In this document: piece by piece, positions 56,934 through 64,000 of the stretch
How positions within the stretch are numbered: position 1 is the stretch's first letter
Layout: each line of letters begins with the position of its first letter
Origin: Anaerohalosphaeraceae bacterium
Lineage (GTDB): Bacteria; Planctomycetota; Phycisphaerae; Sedimentisphaerales; Anaerohalosphaeraceae
Direction of reading: 5' to 3'
Assembly: GCA_963675525.2 (NCBI GenBank)
Contig: CAXXSL010000016.1
Location: 480,001 to 544,000, forward strand
Length of the DNA: 64,000 nt
The notes under the pieces: generated by a model
Told to the model about the DNA's origin: nothing
Seen by the model: only the letters and a program-made list of their open reading frames with translations
The model's database searches: none
Made by a program: the position numbers and the translations under genes

Positions 56934-59900
56934 TCATAAGCCATTATAGAGAGCCGTTACCTCCGCATCACTTAGATTGTAATTGTAGATACGAATATCA
57001 TCCATGCGGCCCTGGTAATAGTCGTCAGCTGACCAATTGCTGCGGCCGATGTAATTGTTCGTTCGGGTTACACTGGTCGGGGAAGTTGTACCGGTTCCGA
57101 CAAGCTGGCCGTTTTTAAACAGCCGAACATTCCCAGATTGGTCTACCGTGACAGTAAACATCTGCCATGCGTTCAGAGTAATTGCATCCGCAGCAGCCAC
57201 CCATCCGCCACTGCTACCCCCGGCCCAGCATTCAAACTCAAGATTATTCGTTGATGCCTGTCGACCAAACCAGATATTATCAGAAGCCGCACCATTACCG
57301 AAATCGATAAATCGTGCCCAGTTCTGCACACTAGTTGGATACACCCACAGCGAAATCGTACAGCCTTTGGTAAAATCATTCAAACCGTCCGGCAGATCAA
57401 TATAATCATTGCTACCGTCAAAGTCTAACGCGTTCCCGACTTGTCCGGAAACGGAGTCGTTATTGAAGGACAAACCGCCACTGAGTGTACCATCCATATT
57501 CTTCGTACTGGAATCATTGGCAGTTGTGCCGCTTGTTTCTTCCAGTGCCCAATGCCCGATCAATTCAGAAGGCGTCGGCAGCGGCACCGGGGTCGCTAGG
57601 GACGAATTCGTTGGCAGCCAGACGGCCATCTGTCCGGCACCGCGATGAGCCCATGCATAATAAGGGATTGCTGTGAACGTTTCATTCTGCTCGACAGTTC
57701 CTCCGCCTGCGGCTTCATACAGACCTTTTACTGTGCCAGTAATGACATTGCCCTTGTTGACAATTGTTGGATCACTCAGCATATCGTTCCGATATTCTGC
57801 CGTAAACGTGGTTCCATCCGGTACGCAAAGATGGGTGACCGTACTGCTGTTAAAGTCAGGCCATTCGGCACAATATACAATGGGGCCCCGTTCAATCGCG
57901 GTTCGATCAACATCGGCCCCAATGCTGGGGTGAGACAGTACCTGTCGAACCGGCATCGGTAGTGAAAGGTGAATCTGGTCGCCGGCCTGCCAAGTCCTGT
58001 TTATGGCAACGTATCCCTTCTGAATATTCAATGACACAGGTGCCCCGTTGACATCCAGCGTCACCGGGGTGCTGCTCTGAACTTTGTACGAATACAAGTC
58101 GCCGGGAACCGGCTGATTTTGTGCCCATCCCGGAATGCGCATATGGACGGTAAAGGTGCCGGATGCATCCGGATTCACCGTAATGGTCATATTACCATCC
58201 CAGGGATAGCTGCCGGTTTGTGTTAAACTCACCTCCGTGTTTGCCAACAGCACGGTTCCGGTACTGGCTACATACAGGTTGACATAAATTTCGTTATCAT
58301 CCTGACAATATACATACCCGGGTAAAGAGGGAATCGTCCGGGCGATATTACCGACACAGCAGTTGCAGGAAAACCAGCCGCTGCGTGTATATCCACCGCT
58401 GGAAACTAATGGATTGGGATAGAAAAATGTATCGCCCTTCAACGAGACACCACTGATTAATGAATTGTAAAGCGTTCGCTCCAGTACGTCGATATATTTG
58501 CCGTCCCGATGGTACAGGAACATCTTCTGATTCCACATCACATTGGCAATCTGAGCACAAGTTTCGCAATACCCGTCATTCGGCAAATAATAAGGAGCGC
58601 CGAACGATTCGCCGCCGTGCGAGGCACCAAGGCCGCCTGTAATGTAAGCCTTGGTATCATTGACACTATGCCAGATGCTGTCCAAAGCCGTCATCAGGGC
58701 TTCTCGATACTCAGCGTCATCCGTTCGAGCAGCCACATCCGCCATGCCCATATACAGATAGACCGCACGCACAACATGCCCAACCGCTTCAGTCTGCTGC
58801 AGTACCGGCAGATGATCTTGATTGTAGGCACCCCATGGACTGTAATCATCCGTAACGGTACCGCGAATCTCCAAGTAATACCGTGCCAGAGCCAGATACC
58901 GGGAATCATCAGTAATCTCGGACAAACGCGCCAGAGCGGATTCAACAATCTCATGTCCGGGTGGGATTTCCACGCCGCCGTCATGGAACGTATTTACCAA
59001 CAAATCAGCAAAGTTAATAGCGACGTTTAACAAGGACGTTTTACCGGTTGCCTGATAATGGGCGATCGCCGCCTCAAATAAGTGCCCTGCGTCATATAAT
59101 TCATGGCTTCCCGAAAGACTTGACCAAGGAGTGGGACCACACCAGATATCGATACCGTTGGTTCGGATTGTATAAAGATAACCGGGGAAATACCCATTAT
59201 TGGCCTGGGCAGCCGCTATTTTGGTAATCAAACCATCCAGATAGGCATCGAGTGTCGGGTCCGGTGAAACCATGAGCGAATAGCTGGCCCCTTCCAGTGT
59301 TTTATAGATATCGGTATCATCAAACGGAAAGTCGTATCGCGGCGTTCCGGTCATGAGGTCGCCGGCAATCGCAAAATTATCAATCCGGTTATGGGAGGAG
59401 TCATAAACACCTTCCAGTTGGTCAAAGATATAGGGAACCGTTACCTGACGATTGGTCTGCAGGCGAGGCAGCCAGAATTCATCGGTAAATGACACTTCAG
59501 TAAAAGGAACCGCTTTCAATAGTTCAAAGTTTGCCGGGATATCATTTACAGTAACCTGCAATTGGGTTTGGACGGGAGGATTAATACCGTCATCGGCCTG
59601 AACCGTAAAATTGTTGGTACCGACATCACCCGTTGCGGGCATACCGGATAGATCGCCATTGGCGGTAATGATCAGCCACGATGGCTCACCGATCTTACTG
59701 AAGACCAGCGAGGAGACATCATAATACGTTACATCGTCAGCCAGAGTGTCGTTGTAAGCAGTATCGACCAAAGCATCCGCTTCAACAATCGGATCAGCAT
59801 TGAAAACCGGGGCCTCGATAAAAAGCCAGTTGGCAGCGATCTGCTGGAGAGTTGCCAGGTCAAAGATACCCTGCCAGTCGCTGGCCAGCATCGCAATATC

Positions 59901-60668
59901 TTCCAGGTCCACTTTGCCGTTGCCGCTCAAATCACCATTATCCGGTATAATGGGTGTTAAGTGAACGATGAAAACACGGTCGCCCGGTGCGTTGTCGAGA
60001 GAATTATTGGCCGCCCCGCTTGCACCGCTGGTGTATGACGAACCGTCAGCGTACGGATTGCCGCCAACAGCCGTATTTTTGATACCCAAAGTCTCGAAAA
60101 ATGCTGAATTTGAAGCGATATCAAAACCATAAAGCGTATTGGCATTCAGAGTAACCGGCGTATCGAACGTAAACATGAACCACGTGCCCGTACCATTTGC
60201 GGTGTTGGTTGCAGTATCAACCGAAAAAATATTTGCTTCCGAGCCGGTTAGGATGTATGTCTCGCTATCTAAAACAACCGCTGATGAACCGCTCTCGGAC
60301 GGGTCCGTCACACGAATCGTAAATTGTGTGCCGGTTGTCATATTATACCAAGTCGCATCTGTATTCGATGTATAACCGGCGTGTTGAACCGTGACAGCGT
60401 CAATCTGGTACGCCGGATAAAACGATGGGGTCACAAAGGTTTGCCCCTGAGCCGGACGGTCAGAAGCGATATAGGTGGTTGCGTCATTGCCGCTGCCGTC
60501 CGCTGTTGCTGTGCCGACATTATCCTGATCGGCGGCGGCCCCAACGAGACTTGAAATGTCATCGGCGCCGACGGACGGTTGGGTCGTACTGAATGTTATG
60601 GTTGCAGCCGGGGTTACAGAGGTGATTAAAAGTATAATGAGAACAGTCAAAACAGTGTAAACCTTCAT
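56934..60668 (-). CDS. Secreted GH127 beta-L-arabinofuranosidase-like enzyme with N-terminal module, dockerin-like module, Ig and LamG
   Basis: FDDTDIYK.LE, HELYDAGH, GHEIVE, GHVVR, YCETCA, ERTLYN, CNCCVGN, RGPIVYCAE, IPYYAW. Confidence 0.93.
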   Translation of the reverse strand: MKVYTVLTVLIILLITSVTPAATITFSTTQPSVGADDISSLVGAAADQDNVGTATADGSGNDATTYIASDRPAQGQTFVTPSFYPAYQIDAVTVQHAGYTSNTDATWYNMTTGTQFTIRVTDPSESGSSAVVLDSETYILTGSEANIFSVDTATNTANGTGTWFMFTFDTPVTLNANTLYGFDIASNSAFFETLGIKNTAVGGNPYADGSSYTSGASGAANNSLDNAPGDRVFIVHLTPIIPDNGDLSGNGKVDLEDIAMLASDWQGIFDLATLQQIAANWLFIEAPVFNADPIVEADALVDTAYNDTLADDVTYYDVSSLVFSKIGEPSWLIITANGDLSGMPATGDVGTNNFTVQADDGINPPVQTQLQVTVNDIPANFELLKAVPFTEVSFTDEFWLPRLQTNRQVTVPYIFDQLEGVYDSSHNRIDNFAIAGDLMTGTPRYDFPFDDTDIYKTLEGASYSLMVSPDPTLDAYLDGLITKIAAAQANNGYFPGYLYTIRTNGIDIWCGPTPWSSLSGSHELYDAGHLFEAAIAHYQATGKTSLLNVAINFADLLVNTFHDGGVEIPPGHEIVESALARLSEITDDSRYLALARYYLEIRGTVTDDYSPWGAYNQDHLPVLQQTEAVGHVVRAVYLYMGMADVAARTDDAEYREALMTALDSIWHSVNDTKAYITGGLGASHGGESFGAPYYLPNDGYCETCAQIANVMWNQKMFLYHRDGKYIDVLERTLYNSLISGVSLKGDTFFYPNPLVSSGGYTRSGWFSCNCCVGNIARTIPSLPGYVYCQDDNEIYVNLYVASTGTVLLANTEVSLTQTGSYPWDGNMTITVNPDASGTFTVHMRIPGWAQNQPVPGDLYSYKVQSSTPVTLDVNGAPVSLNIQKGYVAINRTWQAGDQIHLSLPMPVRQVLSHPSIGADVDRTAIERGPIVYCAEWPDFNSSTVTHLCVPDGTTFTAEYRNDMLSDPTIVNKGNVITGTVKGLYEAAGGGTVEQNETFTAIPYYAWAHRGAGQMAVWLPTNSSLATPVPLPTPSELIGHWALEETSGTTANDSSTKNMDGTLSGGLSFNNDSVSGQVGNALDFDGSNDYIDLPDGLNDFTKGCTISLWVYPTSVQNWARFIDFGNGAASDNIWFGRQASTNNLEFECWAGGSSGGWVAAADAITLNAWQMFTVTVDQSGNVRLFKNGQLVGTGTTSPTSVTRTNNYIGRSNWSADDYYQGRMDDIRIYNYNLSDAEVTALYNGL

Positions 60669-60810
60669 ATCAAAACCCCAAAAAATTAATGAATAACATT
60701 TCTATAGCACAACGAATCATCGATATCCCTGCTATTTTATGACCTTAACGATGTATATCCTGTCCGGTTTTTATGATTCAAAACTTCATCCCATATGTTT
60801 GTCTAAATAT

Positions 60811-60842
60811 AAGGTACTGCGCCGATGAAGACGCAGTACCTT
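60811..60842 (-). terminator. Hairpin/terminator after the PEP-CTERM gene
   Basis: AAGGTACTGCG/CGCAGTACCTT perfect 11-bp stem. Confidence 0.7.
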
Positions 60843-60882
60843 CAATTCTAAATTTACAAGCGCAAATTGAATTTAATCAATT

Positions 60883-61539
60883 TTAGCCTTTGCGACGCAG
60901 TACCAGAGCACCCAAACCTAACAATGCCATCGTGGCCGGTTCCGGAATTGAAAGATTGTCAACAGCGGTCCAGGGTTCGCCTACTGTCCCGGCAAAATTT
61001 TCAAGACGGATGAACAATTCGTCCGTGGTGTTCGCGCTGCTTAAGTCAAGAACACCCGATTTCCAAATCCAAGCACCTGGATCTAATACAGCGTTGAAAC
61101 TAACCGAATCAATCAGTGTCACTCCGGGATCAGCAGCAATATCGACGTTATCAGCACCGACAAAGCTTGCAGCCTGATATACCGAAATGGCCACGCCCAA
61201 ATCACGCGCTGAACCCGCATCCGTAAAAGAGCCGAGCTTAAATCCAACCGGTACCGAAGCAAGTGCTGCATCATTAACACCAATGCTCTGGTAGGCCCAG
61301 TTTGTTGTGGTAAACATATAGCTCAAACCTAAAACTGAACTTCCGGTCGGGGAAACCGTCGGGCCGGCCCAAGTGGACTCCCACCAATTATTGGTGTTAA
61401 CAGTAACCGTATCAAACCAACCGGTAACATTCGAGGTTTGCACTGCATCGGCCTCGAAATCCCCATTGCTGATCCCCAAATCGGCCGTTGCCATTCCAGT
61501 CAAAGCGACACACATTAAAACAAACAATAATCTTTTCAT
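60883..61539 (-). CDS. PEP-CTERM protein (NGDFE-type beta-sandwich)
   Basis: MKRLLFVLM signal peptide, SD GGAGG; IPEPATMALLGLGALVLRRKG. Confidence 0.93.
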   Translation of the reverse strand: MKRLLFVLMCVALTGMATADLGISNGDFEADAVQTSNVTGWFDTVTVNTNNWWESTWAGPTVSPTGSSVLGLSYMFTTTNWAYQSIGVNDAALASVPVGFKLGSFTDAGSARDLGVAISVYQAASFVGADNVDIAADPGVTLIDSVSFNAVLDPGAWIWKSGVLDLSSANTTDELFIRLENFAGTVGEPWTAVDNLSIPEPATMALLGLGALVLRRKG

Positions 61540-61698
61540 CTTTTCTACCTCCACATTAAAGTTAAATACATTTACTTACAGAAACACACTTTCCACACAC
61601 ACATTTCACACTTCACACACTTCACGTTAATTCCGTTTTTTACAATCTTCTTCCTTCTGCCGACGCATCTTAAGGCCATCGTCAAACAAATTTTAGGA

Positions 61699-61728
61699 TT
61701 TCCGGGTATCGGGCAGGATACCCGGAAA
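61699..61728. other. Strong intergenic hairpin between the long paralog and the PEP-CTERM gene
   Basis: TTTCCGGGTATC/GATACCCGGAAA perfect 12-bp stem. Confidence 0.7.
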
Positions 61729-61756
61729 CCGCGTCTCTTATATACCTCATCAAAAA

Positions 61757-63844
61757 CTATGGATAGATACGGTTGGTATCCAGCCACTCCGTCGCAAACA
61801 TTGCGAAATCTTCCAGATTTGTTCGGCAATCATCGTTGAAGTCATACACAAGGGCTTCTACTTCATTGTTACAAATATAGTCACCCCTGACGTCCAAGTA
61901 GTCATCTGCAATCTGTTGTGTTGTTCGGGCATAGTTGTAGATCTTCAGATCGTCAACCAGGCCGTTGAAGTATGGGTCAGCAACATATTGACTGTCGGCG
62001 ATGAAATTGGTTGCCATGTTCACCTGAATCGGATTAAGCGTAAAAACGGTGTTTGTGGCTTCGAGTTCGCCATTGACATACATGCGTGCCGTATCGCCAT
62101 TCAACGTCACAGTCACCTGGGTCCACTCGCCGGTCGGCATCAATCCCGTCTGAACGTTTTGCTCACCGCCAGCTGAAATAACAAACCGCAAATTAGTGCC
62201 CGCTGCATTTGGCGACAGGAACATATACTGGCCTACACCATTGCCAAAGTCCAGGATGCGCTGCCAGTTGTCACCACCGGCCCAGTAAACCCATACGGAG
62301 ATGGTGATATCTTCGTACTCGGCAACACCGGGCTCAATGAGGGCATACTGACCCCAAGCATTATTCGGATCCTCCACATCGCGGTTACCAAACAAGAGGC
62401 TTTCGTCGCCAACGACTGCATCCACGACGTTCGCATCCAGCACCGGATAATCCATGCCGTCATCAACACCGGTCACAGACTCGCTGGCCAAAACCATGCC
62501 ATAACCGTCGACAATATCAACCTGAACATCATTGCCGTCAACAACAGTGGCGTTGTCCGTATCCAGCGGCCAATAACTCGTAAGACGATGGGTCATCAGA
62601 CGGCCGGGATCGCTCGTAGCATTGCCGGCTGAATTTTCAACATAACAATAGTAATACCCTTCATCTCCCGACTGAACATCCAGAACCGTCAGTTCACTGG
62701 TATTACCGATTGTATCTATGCTATAATTTACATCATCATCGACCAGCGGCGTCGGATCGCCGACTTTATACCATTCATAGCTGGCCACATTGGTACCCGT
62801 TACCGACAATTGAACACTTGCCTGCCCGGCATCAACCGCCGTATAGGCAGGAGCGACAGGAGTGACCTGAGGTTCTTCCGGTATCGTTGTAAAATTTGAA
62901 ACCGGACCGGGAATCGGAAAGAAATCCGTCGCTCCGGGCAACGTATTGGGTTCATACCCAATAACCTTCCAGTAATAGGTTGTGTCATACAGCAGATCTA
63001 CAGGCAAACTCTCCAGATTGACCGTATACTGAGCCTGTGTCACTGACATGCCGTCAATAATTTTGTAGGCGGCATTGTCCGTCAGGTTGGGATCATTTTC
63101 CGTACCGAACTGAACATCGACTTTTGTGATAGCAGCTTCATTGATTGTAAAAACCAGGTCATTTTCAGAGGCAGTACGCTCAACCGGAATATTATCAGCG
63201 TTACCCGCGGGTGAATCATAATCAAATGAAAATGTTACGGGATTTACGATGGCAACATTATCAATCGCGGTCCATGGCTCGCCCACTGTTCCGGCATAAT
63301 TCTCAAAACGTATGAACAACTCACCGTTGCCGGCCGTACGCAGATCAAGTGTAATCGTGTCTGTCAAGGACGCTCCTACGGCCACTGAAGCATACAAGTT
63401 ACTAACGGAGTCGATCAGCGTGATTCCCGATGCGCCATCAATATCCGTGTTATCGGCTGGGACAAAAGTTCCGTCGGACTCATAAACCGAAACTGTCACA
63501 CCCAGATCACGAGAGACACCGGCATCCGTAAAGGAGCCGACATCGTAGCTGAGAGTCATTCCCTGCCAATTTAAATCATTGGTACCCATACTCTGATAGG
63601 CCCAATTCGTGGTCGTGAACATATAGCTTAAACCCATCACCGAAGTTGCATTCGGCGAAACGGTCGGACCGGCCCAGGTTGATTCCCACCAATTGGCTGT
63701 GTTTGCGGTAACCGTGTCATACCAATCGGTAACGTTAGACGTTTGCGCTGCATCGGCTTCAAAATCACCGTTGGTGATGGCCAGGTCCGCTTGTGCAGCT
63801 CCCAGCAAACAACACATCATTAACAATAACATCATTCTTTTCAT
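61757..63844 (-). CDS. Secreted multidomain protein; N-terminal ~200 aa paralogous to PEP-CTERM 60883-61539; Ig, LamG and C-terminal dockerin-like module
   Basis: Shared NWWESTWAGPTVSP, GLSYMFTTTNWAYQS, GSFTDAG, AGTVGEPWTA; ends YDFNDDCRTNLEDFAMFATEWLD; SD GAGGAG before ATG 63844. Confidence 0.9.
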   Translation of the reverse strand: MKRMMLLLMMCCLLGAAQADLAITNGDFEADAAQTSNVTDWYDTVTANTANWWESTWAGPTVSPNATSVMGLSYMFTTTNWAYQSMGTNDLNWQGMTLSYDVGSFTDAGVSRDLGVTVSVYESDGTFVPADNTDIDGASGITLIDSVSNLYASVAVGASLTDTITLDLRTAGNGELFIRFENYAGTVGEPWTAIDNVAIVNPVTFSFDYDSPAGNADNIPVERTASENDLVFTINEAAITKVDVQFGTENDPNLTDNAAYKIIDGMSVTQAQYTVNLESLPVDLLYDTTYYWKVIGYEPNTLPGATDFFPIPGPVSNFTTIPEEPQVTPVAPAYTAVDAGQASVQLSVTGTNVASYEWYKVGDPTPLVDDDVNYSIDTIGNTSELTVLDVQSGDEGYYYCYVENSAGNATSDPGRLMTHRLTSYWPLDTDNATVVDGNDVQVDIVDGYGMVLASESVTGVDDGMDYPVLDANVVDAVVGDESLLFGNRDVEDPNNAWGQYALIEPGVAEYEDITISVWVYWAGGDNWQRILDFGNGVGQYMFLSPNAAGTNLRFVISAGGEQNVQTGLMPTGEWTQVTVTLNGDTARMYVNGELEATNTVFTLNPIQVNMATNFIADSQYVADPYFNGLVDDLKIYNYARTTQQIADDYLDVRGDYICNNEVEALVYDFNDDCRTNLEDFAMFATEWLDTNRIYP

Positions 63845-64000
63845 TTTTGTTCTCCTCATAAATAACATTGGTTTATTAAATGGATCGTTCATTTTTAGAT
63901 TTATATAAGCAATAACACCCTCCTTTCATTTACTCCAAAATGTTCCGTTCCTATCTTCTCTGCTTCCATCACTCATTTCTCTCAGCGTCAGGCTCTAACT

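Overview
This looks like a chromosomal window from an anaerobic planctomycete, most likely Phycisphaerae/Sedimentisphaerales. That placement is inferred from PEP-CTERM proteins, dockerin-like 'DxxxDCxVxxxDFxxxAxxWL' modules, a TIGR02989-type ECF sigma/FecR-LamG pair and 'WRxIM' anti-sigma factors. From left to right it holds: a truncated RhuM-family gene and a repeat-rich spacer; secreted beta-propeller and TPR proteins; MarR, MscS and FmdB genes; and an ArsR plus CoA-persulfide reductase (Cdr-rhodanese-TusA-DsrE) operon divergent from a rex plus group 3b [NiFe] sulfhydrogenase operon with two Rex boxes. Next come a PAS-PAS-LuxR regulator, two PEP-CTERM genes, two tandem ECF/anti-sigma pairs, a hydrogenase protease and GH2. 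A rearranged zone follows (protease and dinB remnants, a repeated non-coding element), then a bacterial histone with a lysine-rich N-terminal tail and a 2283-aa LTD/CotH protein. The right half has two polysaccharide-utilisation-like clusters (GH2, frameshifted GH105, BNR_4, GH127), separated by asnA, gltA and phage remnants. The most interesting signals are: (i) twin genes expressing the same domain once with PEP-CTERM and once with a dockerin-like tail, alongside nine dockerin-like proteins and a possible cohesin-like PEP-CTERM anchor; (ii) the tailed histone; (iii) a twice-present promoter-bearing non-coding element with TGG motifs phased at about 10.4 bp; and (iv) a conserved internal SD+ATG in both anti-sigma genes. 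No CRISPR array, rRNA or tRNA was seen. All calls are by-eye motif recognition, without database searches.
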